From an uncultured cyanobacterium (lineage in GTDB: Bacteria; Cyanobacteriota; Cyanobacteriia; Cyanobacteriales; Nostocaceae), in the NCBI GenBank assembly GCA_963740315.1, contig CAVUDP010000002.1, positions 1 through 64,000 on the forward strand: a DNA stretch of 64,000 nucleotides, in the 5' to 3' direction. Both the position numbers and the translations under genes were made by a program. Positions 41,458 to 53,200 of this stretch are shown here, in pieces (within the stretch, counting starts at the first letter, position 1; the number at the start of each line of letters is the position of its first letter). Under the pieces are notes generated by a model, which was not told the DNA's origin, did no database searches, and worked only from the letters and a program-made list of their open reading frames with translations.

Positions 41458-42159
41458 ATGAATACAACTTTTGTCAAAAACGCTGAAGAAAAAATAGTTT
41501 CAATCGAACTTGATTCCGTGCGTTTGCAAGCAGAAATAGTTTTACCTCAAGACACTCAAGGAATCGTTATATTTGTACATAGTAGTGGAATTGGTCGTTA
41601 CAGCACTCGCAATCGTTACCTTGCTCATATGTTAAGGCAAACAGCGGGATTAGCCACCGTACAAATTGACTTATTAACTCCTCAAGAAGAAGCGATCGAT
41701 TTACGCAGCAGACATTGTAATAGTAACGTTCAATTTCTCGCCACAAGATTAACTGGTGCAACAAACTGGTTACTTGATTATCCTCTCACCAAGGATTTTA
41801 AAATTGGTTATTTTGGAGAGCAAACGGGTGCGGGCGCGGCTTTAATTGCAGCAGCAGAAAATCCCACAGCAGTAGGGGCTGTAGTTTCGTGCAGCGGACA
41901 AAGCTTCACAAATTCAGCTTTAGCAATGGCACAAACTCCAACTTTATTGATAGTTGGAGAAAATGACTTACCAACAGTTGCAACAAATGAAGACACACTT
42001 AAACTAATTAAGATATCCTCCAAAGAATTGCAAATTATCCCCAATGCCAGCCGCCAATTTAAAGAAACAGGTGCATTTGAAGAAATTGCCCGTTTATCAA
42101 GTCATTGGTTTGACAAGCATTTGTCAATTAACAGCTATCAATTATCAGTTATCAATTAA
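41458..42159 (+). CDS. Alpha/beta-hydrolase-fold (dienelactone hydrolase-like) protein, probably non-catalytic
   Basis: DLLTPQEE, IGYFGEQTGAGAAL, PTLLIVGEND, IIPNASRQF. Confidence 0.8.
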   Translation: MNTTFVKNAEEKIVSIELDSVRLQAEIVLPQDTQGIVIFVHSSGIGRYSTRNRYLAHMLRQTAGLATVQIDLLTPQEEAIDLRSRHCNSNVQFLATRLTGATNWLLDYPLTKDFKIGYFGEQTGAGAALIAAAENPTAVGAVVSCSGQSFTNSALAMAQTPTLLIVGENDLPTVATNEDTLKLIKISSKELQIIPNASRQFKETGAFEEIARLSSHWFDKHLSINSYQLSVIN

Positions 42160-42174
42160 CAATTATCAATTATC

Positions 42175-42353
42175 AATTGTTAAGAAGATATTTCCCCATT
42201 CCCTCATAGGGAAGGGGGCTAGGGGGTGGCGGTTTGCAGTGCATAAGAATACTTTTAAATCCTCTAACTGATAATTGTTGATTGATAATTGTTAAGAAGA
42301 TATTTCCCCATTCCCTCATAGGGAAGGGGGCTAGGGGGTGGCGGTTTGCAGTG
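42175..42353. repeat. Two 67-bp direct repeats (112-bp period) containing a CCCC.TTCCCT...AGGGAAGGGG palindrome
   Basis: Copies start at 42175 and 42287; related single copy at ~31021-31060. Confidence 0.8.
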
Positions 42354-42470
42354 AATAACAATACCAGGACTTATGTAACCGCAACGAGAAAATAATTATT
42401 CTAACCGATTAGATCCCCCCAACCCCCCTTCTTAAGGGGGGCTTATTGTTCATTGATAACTGATAATTGA

Positions 42471-43112
42471 TTATTCCATCCAACCACGGTAGCCAGTAAC
42501 TAAACGGCTACCGTCTTTAAATATATGTATTTCAATTTGATCGCTAGCCCAGGAAATTTTGTCTTCAAAAGCTGGGTTAAATATACGCACGCGCTGATTG
42601 CTGGATGAAACGGGTGAATCGGGAGAATTAATTGCTAAAGATTCGATAAAAGGTCCGTCAATTAAAATATCTAATTGTTCTAATAGTTCTTTTGCGCCTG
42701 CTGGTGCTTGCTCCGACTGCAATTTTTCTAAAGTGAAGCCGGTAAAAGCCATTACATTTAACCCAGAAGCTTTGACTTTACTAGCTAAAGAAGCTAACTC
42801 AGTTGCTTGCCAAAAAGGTTCTCCTCCAGAGAAAGTAACTCCTTTATTACCCGGTTTGCTCAAGATTTTTTCAGCGAGAGAATCAACCGATTCAAGTTGA
42901 TTAATTTCAAATGACCAAGATTCTGGATTAAAACACCCCCCACAGGAGCGCTTGCAGCCTTGTACCCAGATAACAGCGCGACTCCCAGGGCCGTTAACTT
43001 CCGACTCATCAACGTAACCCATGATGTTTAAATAACCTCTTGGAACGTTTGCAGGGGAAAGAGATGGATCGGTTGACTTTATTTCCATTTTTTGCTCCTT
43101 TGGCTCCGTCAT
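42471..43112 (-). CDS. Radical SAM protein (NrdG/organic-radical-activating-enzyme-like)
   Basis: VNGPG, QGCKRSCGGC (CxxxCxxC), TFSGGEP, DILIDGPF. Confidence 0.88.
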   Translation of the reverse strand: MTEPKEQKMEIKSTDPSLSPANVPRGYLNIMGYVDESEVNGPGSRAVIWVQGCKRSCGGCFNPESWSFEINQLESVDSLAEKILSKPGNKGVTFSGGEPFWQATELASLASKVKASGLNVMAFTGFTLEKLQSEQAPAGAKELLEQLDILIDGPFIESLAINSPDSPVSSSNQRVRIFNPAFEDKISWASDQIEIHIFKDGSRLVTGYRGWME

Positions 43113-43342
43113 CTTAATAATGGCAATTTTTAGTAGGAGAGCGCATCCGCAAAGTCTGCTTTATCCGATGTTATCGATAAGTTAAGTAAAAGGTTAAAGG
43201 TTAAAGCGAATAATTTCTCCCCCCTCTACCCCCTCTTCCCCCTCTTCCCCCTCTCCCCATCCCCCCATCTCCCCTCTCACCGTTTCGCAGTGACATCCGT
43301 CACTGTCGCATGATGATTTCTACTGGTAGCGTATAAAGCTAG

Positions 43343-43747
43343 ATTCAATCTTCGTTTTTTATACGTCAGCATGGGAGTGAAAATATTTTAATAAACGAAA
43401 TTAACCAAGCCGGTTTTGATGATGTTATCCGCAAACCCGTATCACCAGAAATTCTTTTACAAAAAATAGCCGAATATCTGAGTGTAAGTTATATTTATGA
43501 CCGAGTACCCTTATTAAGAAGTACTAGCCTATCCGAGAATTGGTTTCTTGAGGAATCAATCGCAATGCCTCAAAGTTGCTTGGCACAACTACATCAAGCA
43601 GCAAATGAAGTGAATGAAGATTTGTTGCAAAGTCCGATCCAAAAAATACCTGAAAATAAAGCATCTTTATCTGATTTGACGATGTTAATTAAAAATTTTC
43701 GTCTTGATATTATTCTCGTGTTTGCTCAGAAAATATTTGCTGGTTGA
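43343..43747 (+). pseudogene. Remnant of a hybrid-kinase C-terminus (receiver tail + helical extension)
   Basis: Frame of ORF 43565 extends upstream: QAGFDDVIRKP...LLQKIAEYLSVSYIY, similar to AGCDDLINKP...LLEKLNQYLGVKYSY at the end of the downstream kinase. Confidence 0.7.
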
Positions 43748-43816
43748 TGTAGGAAGGGAATAGAAGATGTACTAAGATTTTTTGATAATTGATAATTGAT
43801 AATTGATAATTAATTT

Positions 43817-46800
43817 ATGAGTGATACAAAAATACTTATAGTTGACGATCGATCGGAGAATTTACATTTTTTATCAGATATTCTGGTTAATCAAGGTTAT
43901 AAGGTTCAAAGAGCAATTTCCGGGCAGTTAGCGATTAATGCCGCAATCGCTTCTCCTCCGGATTTGATTTTGCTCGATGTGGTTATGCCGGATATGGATG
44001 GCTATACTGTATGTCAGCATTTGAAAGAAAATCAAATTACTCAGGATATTCCGATTATTTTTCTGGGCGTAATCGATCGAGTTTCTGAGAAAGTCAAGGC
44101 TTTTAATTTGGGCGCGTTTGATTATATTACTAAACCGTTACAGGCAGAAGAAGTTTTAGCTCGCGTCGAAAATCAACTACAGATTCAAAAATTACAAAAA
44201 CAGTTAAAAACACAAAATAATCAACTACAAAATATTACTGCACAATTAAGCGATCGCAATCAACAACAAATGTCTCGCGAAGCTTATTTGACGGCTTTGG
44301 TGGAAATTCAACGCATTTTACTGGGTTTTGATGGTAGTGCTGGTTGTTACAGCGAAATTCTCCGCAGTTTGGGGATTGCTTCCGGGGCTACTTCTGTATG
44401 TGTAGTTGAAAATAATCGTTCCCCAGTCAGATGGTGTACTAAGGTTGATACTGGGCAAAATTATAATTGCGATCGAGTTTTTCCCCGCTGGCGAGATTTA
44501 CTGATACAAGGCGATGTTATCTGTAGCTTGGTTGCAGATTTACCGGAAGCAGAGCGTTTGAGTCTGGAATTGGGTATTGCGATTTTAATTATCCCGATCG
44601 CGATTTTATCGGATTTCGGGTATATTCGTTTCGATCGTGCTGAAGCCCAAATTTGGGAAGAGTCGGAAATCGCATTTTTGCAAGCTGCTGCTTCTGCAAT
44701 ATCATTAGCAAAGGAACGTTTGCAAGCGGAAGTTACGTTACAACAAGAACTCGATCGCAGCCAATTATTACGAGAAATTACTGCTAAAATCCGTTCGGAA
44801 TTGGATGCGGGTTCAATTCTAAATACGGCAATTAAGCAGATAGGTTTGGCGCTGAATGTAAGTCGGGGAGCGATTATTAGCTATATATCTGAGTCAGTGC
44901 TTCAAATTACTGCGGCTTGTGAATATCTCGCTCCCGGCTATGATTCAATTGTTGAAAATGAAACTGAGGTAATTCCTCCAGTTGACGATCCCTATTTCAA
45001 ATTGGTGTTAAGCCAAGACAAAGCTGTTGCTACTGATGATGTCGAAAAAGAACCGCTTTTGCAAGAGGCTCTAACTAAATGTCGCAAATTCAATATTAAA
45101 TCGATGCTGGCGATCCGAACTTCTTGTAAAGGTAAAGCAAACGGTATAATCTGCTTGCATCAAGCTGACTCAAAGCGTCGATGGATGCCTGCTGAGATGG
45201 AATTGTTGGAATCGATCGCCGCACAGTTAGGAATTGCTATAGCTCAAGCTCAGTTGTTGGAACAAGAAAAACTGGCGCGTCAACAGCTTCAGCAAGAAAT
45301 TAATCATCGCTTGGAAGCTGAAGCTGCTTTAAAGAAGAGCGAAAGTAAATATAGATTGTTGATAGAAACATCCCAAGATATTATATGGTCAACCAATACG
45401 AAAGGACGTATTACTTTTGTTAATTCGGCAGTAAAGATTTTGGGTTACGAGCCGTTGGAGATGATTAACCGCTCTTTCACCGATTTTCTGTTAACTTCAG
45501 AGCTTGTAAAGGAATCGTCCGCGTTTGAGCGGGCTTCAAAGGGCGAACCGATTTTTGAAAGGGAAGCGATTTATTTAAATAAACGCGGTGATTCTGTGGA
45601 TTTGCTATATAGTTCCATGCCTTTGTTCGATGAGAAAGGTTGTGTAACTCAGATTATGTATACCTTGCGTAATATCACTGAAAGTAAAAAAGTGCGGCAA
45701 GCTCTGCTAACAAGTGCGGCAAAATTACGCAACAACAACTTTGTATTAACCCAACTGGCTAGAAATTCGGCAATTTACAATGGCGATTTAACGACGGCTT
45801 TGCAGAGGATAACTCAAGCTGCTGCCAGCAATGTTGAAGTAGAGCGAGCCAGCGTTTGGCTGTATGAGGAAAATGCTTCGGTAATGCGCTGCGTCGATTT
45901 ATTTGAGTTGAGTAGCGATCGCCATACGAGCGGTTGTTCTATAACAGTTGCAGATTATCCGGATTTCTTTATAACTTTGAATGCTGATGAAATCATTGCT
46001 ACTAATAATCCTTATATTGATATTAGAACCCAAGGATTAAAAGATTATCTCGAACTAAATAATATTACCTCTTTATTCTGCGTTCCCGTGCGTTTAGCTG
46101 GCGTAACTGCTGGAATGTTATGTTTGGAAGCGGTAGAAGAATTGCATTGTTGGACTCAAGAAGACCTAAATTTTGGACGTTCTTTAGGTAACTTAATATC
46201 TTTGACATTAGAAGCGCAATTGCGACAAGCAGCAGAAACCGCAAGTCGTTTGAGCGAGCAGAAGTTGGCTGCGGCATTCCGTTCGAGTCCCGATCCGATT
46301 TCTCTAAGTACTTTCCCAGATTTTACTTATATAGAAGTTAACGATAGTTTCTGTAAGTATTTTGGTTATACCCGAGAGCAGGTTGTTGGATATAGCGTCG
46401 AAAAATTAGGACTTCGGCAAGATTTAGAGCAATGTGATGGTTTAGCCAGACTTTTAGCTTCTCAAGGTAAAATTCGCAACCAAGAAGTAGATGTTCGCGC
46501 TGCTGGGGGAGAATTTAGAACCATGTTATTGAGCGCGGAGTTAATCGAAATTGATGCACGGCAATATATTTTAGCAACTGCACGCGATATTACCGAGCGC
46601 AAACAGGCATTGTTGGAAAATCGTTTGCTGTTGCAAGCAACCCAAGCAATTAGTCGAGCAATTAATATAAATAGTGCTATTAGTTTTATTCTGCGGTTAA
46701 TTTGCGAGCATATTAACTGGGATTTTGGGGAAGCGTGGATTCCTAGTAGCGATGGTAGGGTGTTGGAATATTGTTGGGGTTGGTATGCTTTGCAACATTT

Positions 46801-49800
46801 AGCCGAGGCTTGCAATTACAGCGAAACTATAACCTTTAGTAAAGGGATGGGATTACCGGGAGGCGTTTGGGAAAGCAAGGAAGCGTATTGGATAGAAGAT
46901 ATTTCTCAAATTTCGCAGACTAAGTATATACGCAAACAAGTAGCTTTGAAAGTCGGCTTAAAAAGCGGTTTCGCCGTACCGATTTTGAATGGAGGTGAAG
47001 TTTTAGCTGTTTTGATATTTGCCAAATGCAGTATTAACAGTCGGGATAAACGCTTATTGGAATTAGTCAGCGCTGTCGCCGCACAGTTAGGGGGATTAAT
47101 TAAACGCAAGCAAGCACAAACCGCCCACAGATATAGCGAGGAAAGGTTGCAGTTAGCTTTAAAAGCCAGCGATTTAGGATTGTGGGATTGGAATATTCGC
47201 GATTCTCAAGTTTACCGCGATTCCCGCTGGAAGAAAATGCTCGGCTATGAAGATGCCGAAATTGGTGAAGATGCTTTAAGTTTACGACGAATAGTACATA
47301 CTGAAGATTGGCATTTTATCCAGCAAGAGTTAAAAGCATATTTACAAGGAAAACGTCCGATTTATGAAGTAGAATTTCGGATGCGCTGTAAAAATCAAGA
47401 GTGGAAATGGATTCACTCTCGCGGACAAATTTTTGAGCGCGATGCTAATGGTATACCGTTAAGGATGACGGGTACTTATAAAGATATTACCGATCGCAAA
47501 CAAGCGCAGAATATTTTACAAGAAAGTGAAAGGCGTTTTCGGGCAATTTTTAACTCTAGTTTTGGATTTACGGCGCTGCTAAAACCAAATGGCAAAATAA
47601 TCTCGCTCAATCAAACCGCGCTTGACTTCTTTGGTGTAGAAGAAAGTGAAGTTGTAGAAAAACCGTTTTGGGAATCTTTAGGAAAGAAAATTTGCCGTAG
47701 TAAATGTAATCTACAAGAAAAAATTTCTCAAGCGTCAAAAGGTGAATTTATCCGCGATGAAATCGATGTTATTGATGTAAATGGCGCTGTATTAACAATT
47801 GATTCTTCTCTCAAACCAATATTCGATGAAAGCGATCGAGTAGTGCTGCTGATTGTGGAAGGGCGCGATATTACTCAACGTAAAACCTTGGAAAGGGAAC
47901 TAGCTGTAAGGGAAGCTCGATTAAATGCTTTTTTTAGCAATGCGCCGCTAGGATTAGCTATTGTAAATAGAGAATTAAAATGTATTCAAATCAACGAATT
48001 ACTTGCTGAAATTGACGGCGTATCGGTAGAACAACATCTTGGTAAAACCATTCGAGAAGTTATACCTCAAGTAGCTCCTACTATAGAACCATTTTACCAG
48101 CAAGTTTTAGCAACCAATCAACCAGTTATTAATATCGAAATCAGCGCTGATTTAATCAGTCAACCTGCGGTGATGCGTGACTTTCTAGTTTCTTACTTTC
48201 CCATCCCCGGTGAAAACAATATCCCCGCAGGAGTAGGAAGCGTATTAATAGAAATCACCGCCCTCAAACGCGCCGAAACAGCTTTACGCGAAAGAGAAGA
48301 AGCATTCCGCGCCATCTTTGAAAATGCTGCTGTCGGAATTGCTCAAGTCTCCCCGGATAGCAGTTTTATCAACGTTAACCAGCAGTTTTGTCAAATTGTC
48401 GGCTATTCCAAATCGCAACTTCTACAACTTAAATGTCGCGAAATTACTCACTCCGATTCCTTAGCAGAATATCTCGATTATTGTCACCAGGTTGCTAACA
48501 ACCAAATTGATGTATTTGCAATGGAAAAAACTTTTATCCGAGAAAATGGTGAGGTGATTTGCACAAATTTAACAGCATCGGTAATACGCGAAACTTCCGG
48601 AGAAGTTAAATATGTCATTGGAGTAGTTGAAGATATCAGTGACCGTAAATATGCGGAAAAACAAATGCGTTTAGCAACCGAACGCTTGGAATATTTGCTG
48701 ACTTCTTCCCCAGCAGTAATTTTCAGCCGTTTAACTTCGGGAAACTTCGACAATACATTTATCAGTAATAATGTTTGTGAAATCGTCGGTTATCAAGCAC
48801 AACAATTTTTATCCGATTCCGATTTCTGGATGCACCACGTACATCCAGAAGATTTATCAAAATTGCGAAAACAACTACAGGAAGCCTTAAACCAAGAATA
48901 CGCAACAATAGAATATCGCTTTTTGCACGGTGATGGTACCTATCATTGGTTACTAGAGAAAATACGGTTAATAAGAAGTCAAAACGGCGACCCTTTAGAA
49001 TTTGTTGGCTACTGGGTAGATATTAGCGATCGCAAGCAAACGGACTTAGAATTACAGTTTAGTCAGCGACGCTATCAAACCTTAGCAGAAGCCTCCCCGG
49101 TGGCAATTGTTAACACAGATGTTGATGGATTGTGTATATATTTAAACCAACATTGGAGCGAACTCACCGGACTTTCTATCGAAGAATCACTGGGGGAAGG
49201 TTGGGTCAAAATATTACATCCAGATGAGCGCGAACGAATTTATCAAGCATGGAAACGAGCGGTAAAAAAAAGAACAGTATTTAGTAGCGACCATCGTTTT
49301 CTACGTCCTGATGGTAAAATTTTGTGGGTGAAATCTCAAGCATTACCTGAAATTGACGATGATGGTAACTTTAAAGGCTATATTGCTACCGTAACCGATA
49401 TTACCGATATTAAAGAGGCCCAACAAGCATTATTAGAAAGCGCCGAAAGAGAAAGAGCGATCGCCACTACTTTGCAAAGAATGCGGCAAACCCTGGATAT
49501 AAAACAAATTTTTACCGCCACCACCGAAGAATTGCGCTCCTGTTTAAATTGCGATCGCGTTGTGGTTTATCAATTTAATTCCGATTGGAGCGGTAATTTT
49601 GTTGCCGAGTCGGTAGCAGAGGGTTGGAAAGCAGTAATATCTGAAGGTAAATGTGATACAGATTTGACTAAAGTTGTTTTAGAAGACGGTTGCATAACCC
49701 AAAATCTTAACAGCGATCTAAATCAAATGCCCGATACCTACTTGCAAAAAACCCAAGGAGGTAGCTATAGCAAAGGAGCAAGTTTTGTTTGCATTCCCGA

Positions 49801-52034
49801 CATTTACCAAGCTGGATTTAGCGACTGTTACGTTGAATACTTAGAGCAGTTTCAAGCCAAAGCTTATATAACAGTTCCCATATTTTGCGGCAACAAACTT
49901 TGGGGATTGCTTGCGAGCTATCAAAACGGAACACCCCGGCAGTGGAAAACCGGAGAAATCAGCATTGCAGTGCAAATAGGTAATCAACTAGGAGTCGCGC
50001 TGCAACAAGTGGAATTACTTTCGCAAACTAAAAATCAATCAGTTGCCCTACAGCAAGCCGCGATCGCCGCAGACTCAGCCAACCGCGCCAAAAGCGAATT
50101 TTTAGCCAACATGAGCCACGAATTGCGAACTCCCCTCAACGCGATTTTAGGCTTTAGTCAATTAATGAACCAAGATAAAACCATCACCGAAGAACATCAA
50201 AATTCCCTCGCAATAATTAACCGAGCCGGCGAACATTTACTCAGCTTAATCAACGACATTCTAGAAATGTCCAAAATCGAAGCAGGTAGAACATCATTAA
50301 GTATCGCCGACTTCGACTTACATAAACTTTTAGATAACCTGCAAGAAATGTTACGTTTCCGCGCTTTTAACAAAGGCTTACAACTGACATTTCAAACCGC
50401 AGCAAATATTCCCCGTTACATCACCAGCGACGCTAGCAAACTGCGTCAAGTTTTAATTAATCTCTTAGGAAACGCCATTAAATTTACCCAAAAAGGTAGC
50501 GTTAAATTGAGCGTCAAGATGGATAGATTGGGAGATTGGGAGACAAGGAGATTGGGAGATGGGGAGATTGGGAGATTGGGAGATGGGGAGATTGGGAGAT
50601 TGGGAGATTGGGAGATGGGGAGATGGGGAGATGGGGAGATTGGGAGATGGGGAGATGGGGAGATTGGGAGATTGGGAGATGGGGAGATTGGGAGATTGGG
50701 AGATGGGGAGATTGGGAGATTGGGAGATGGGGAGATTGGGAGATTGGGAGATTGGGAGATGGGGAGATTGGGAGATGGGGAGATTGGGAGATTGGGAGAT
50801 GGGGAGATTGGGAGATTGGGAGATGGGGAGATTGGGAGATTGGGAGATGGGGAGATTGGGAGATTGGGAGATGGGGAGATTGGGAGATTGGGAGATGGGG
50901 AGATTGGGAGATTGGGAGATGGGGAGATTGGGAGATTGGGAGACATAGAAATTACTACCCCCTCTACCCCCTCTACCCCCTCTACCCCCTCTCCCCCTCT
51001 CCCCCCTCTACCCCCTCTACCCCCTCTACCCCCTCTCCCCCTCTCCCCCCTCTACCCCCTCTACCCCCTCTACCCCCTCTCCCCTACGTCTGATCTTTGA
51101 AGTCACCGACACTGGTATCGGAGTTTCTGTTGAAGAAATCGAACTTTTATTTGAAGCCTTTAGACAAACGGATGCTGGTAGAAAATCGCAGCAGGGAACC
51201 GGATTGGGTTTAGCAATTAGCCGTAAGTACGTACAGTTGATGGGAGGAGACATTACAGTTGAAAGTACCCCCGAAGTTGGTTCAATATTTACTTTTGATA
51301 TTCAAGTAACTGTTGCTTGCCCACAGAAAACCGAAATTAATCAAAATAGCCCTCAAATAGTTGGTTTAGCAGTATCTCAAACACAATATCGTATTCTAGT
51401 AGTTGATGACCGTCCGGAAAGTCGTTTATTGATCGTAAAAATGCTTTCCCAACTTGGATTTAGCGTTAAAGAAGCTGCTAACGGAGTGCAAGCAATAACC
51501 GTATGGGAAGAATGGGAACCACATTTAATATTGATGGATATGCGAATGCCAACAATGGACGGATATCAAGCAACGAGAATTATTAAAGCCAGACAAGAAA
51601 TTATATCTGATAGTATTGTTGCCAAAAAAACGGTAGTTATTGCCTTAACTGCAAATGCTTTTGAAGAACAGCGAGAAGAAATTATAAAAGCCGGTTGCGA
51701 CGATTTAATTAATAAGCCATTTCCCAAAGAAACCCTATTAGAAAAATTAAATCAATACCTTGGAGTCAAATATTCATACGAAGAAGAAAGCTCTAGCTTA
51801 CAACTGACGACTAAATCAAAAGATATTTATACAACCGATAATTTACGTAAATTAATTTCACAAATGCCCCCCGAATGGGTAGCACAAATACGCCAAGCCG
51901 CAGCCCAATGCAGCGACAACTTAATTTTAGAACTACTAGAAAAAATTCCCTCAGAAAATACCCATTTATCACAAACCTTAAAACACTTAGCCGAAAACTT
52001 CCAATTTGACAAAATCCTCGAAGCAATTGATTGA
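43817..52034 (+). CDS. Giant multi-sensor hybrid histidine kinase (REC-GAF/PAS array-CBCR GAF-HisKA-HATPase-REC), frame broken in a repeat tract
   Basis: N-terminal REC; many PAS (DITxRK) and GAF units; FLANMSHELRTPLN and NLLGNAIKFT; after the repeats a different frame gives FEVTDTGIG...GTGLGLAIS and a REC domain (LILMDMRMP). Confidence 0.9.
50525..51086. repeat. STRR tract: ~52 x 8-nt AGAT(T/G)GGG followed by 8/9-nt (A)CCCCCTCT units
   Basis: Directly visible; G-rich 50525-50948, C-rich ~50956-51086. Confidence 0.97.
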
Positions 52035-52037
52035 ATT

Positions 52038-52350
52038 TGGGAGTAGGGAGTAGGGAGTAGGGAGTAGGGAGTTAGGAGTTAGGAGTTAGGAATTAGCAGT
52101 TAGGAATTAGCAGTTAGGAATTAGCAGTAGTGCGTTAGCGCAGCATGTCCGCCAGGACATGCATCTTGCTCGCTATTTAACTACCCCCATCTCCCCTTGT
52201 CCCCTTTGTCCCCTTGTCCCCATCACCCCATCACCCCATCACCCCAAAGGTTACTGAGCAGTTCGACGTAGCTCACTGTAAGACTTGTCGAAGTACTCCC
52301 CATCTCCCCATCCCCCCATCTCCCCATCTCCCTATCCCCCCATCTCCCCC
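52038..52350. repeat. Intergenic mosaic of STRRs and SDR-like elements
   Basis: (GGGAGTA)n, (GGAGTTA)n, (CCCCATC[TC])n and GCG|TTAGCGCAGCATGTCCGCCAGGAC|AT at 52135-52158. Confidence 0.85.
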
Positions 52351-52418
52351 TTCGGGTTGCGCCACTTCTCTCAACGGAGGGAACCTCCGCACGTTTTGGG
52401 CTTACCATCTCCCCCCTC

Positions 52419-52871
52419 TCATTCCTTCGCAGCTTGCTGGCGTTTTAAACCATCGATCGCATCACCTAATGCGGTGGTTAAACTTTGACGGGTTTGGGAA
52501 TGTTTGTCTTGTTCGGTTTTTAAAGCTTGTAAAAGGCGATCGCGTTCTTTCAAGGCTACAGTTAATTTGGTTTTTAAGTCTTCTACCCCTGAGAGTTGAG
52601 CTACTTCTTGTTGAATGGCTGTGGCTGTATCGCTATCGGGAAGAGTAGCATCTTCGATACCTTGAAGTTTTTGAATTTCTGCTTTGAGAGAGGCTATAGT
52701 CTGCTGAAATAGTTGAGAATCAGTACGGCGTTGTTCGGCTTCAGTGTTATAAAGTTTACGCCACTTCTCCGCACTTTCCCAAGTCCCAGATCGTTCGGCT
52801 TGAAGCTGTGCTATCTGCTGTTTTAAGCCTTGAATCTCCGTCAACCATTGTTGGGTTAAATCTTCACTCAT
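52419..52871 (-). CDS. Coiled-coil hypothetical protein
   Basis: Heptad-rich ORF, WRKLYNTEAEQRR and LTTALGDAID; divergent from gcvT. Confidence 0.75.
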   Translation of the reverse strand: MSEDLTQQWLTEIQGLKQQIAQLQAERSGTWESAEKWRKLYNTEAEQRRTDSQLFQQTIASLKAEIQKLQGIEDATLPDSDTATAIQQEVAQLSGVEDLKTKLTVALKERDRLLQALKTEQDKHSQTRQSLTTALGDAIDGLKRQQAAKE

Positions 52872-53016
52872 AGAATAATATCTGTATATTTTTTTATTCT
52901 TATTAGAAATTTTATTACTAAAAAATCAACTTATAAATATCATTATTTGGCAAGATGGGTAATTTATGACTCGCTACTTACTTTACTAAGTACTTGGGTA
53001 AAATTAATTGTAGATT

Positions 53017-53084
53017 TGTCATTGTGAGCGACAGCGAAGCAATCGCAAGACTCTGGGATTGCTTCGCTATCGCTCGCAATGACA
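53017..53084. repeat. Palindromic GTCATTG..AAGCAATC/GATTGCTT..CAATGAC element
   Basis: Long imperfect inverted repeat visible in the sequence. Confidence 0.7.
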
Positions 53085-53200
53085 GAAAGAATGAAGGCAT
53101 ACCCACTTATTCCTAACTCTTAACTCTTTCCCATGCCCAATTACCAACGTTGCACGATACTGACGTAGGATATTTAAATATATTGTTGTAAGAACGTTAT

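Noticed and set aside
42175..42353. Possible mini-CRISPR (two identical repeats with a spacer)
   Set aside because: Repeats are 67 bp, only two copies, spacer contains STRR heptamers, no cas genes; matches a dispersed palindromic repeat also seen near 31021.
50446..51253. ORFs 50446..50946(-), 50536..51093, 50559..50948 and 51026..51253(-) as separate repeat proteins
   Set aside because: They are by-products of a stop-free tandem repeat inside the kinase gene.
52038..52130. Telomere-like (TAGGGAG/TTAGGAG)n repeats as eukaryotic contamination or a chromosome end
   Set aside because: They are typical Nostocales STRR heptamers embedded between bacterial genes.
52880..53200. Glycine riboswitch upstream of gcvT
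   Set aside because: The hairpin is a generic palindromic repeat; no glycine-aptamer consensus (GGAGA...CCGAAG...CTCTCAGG) is visible.
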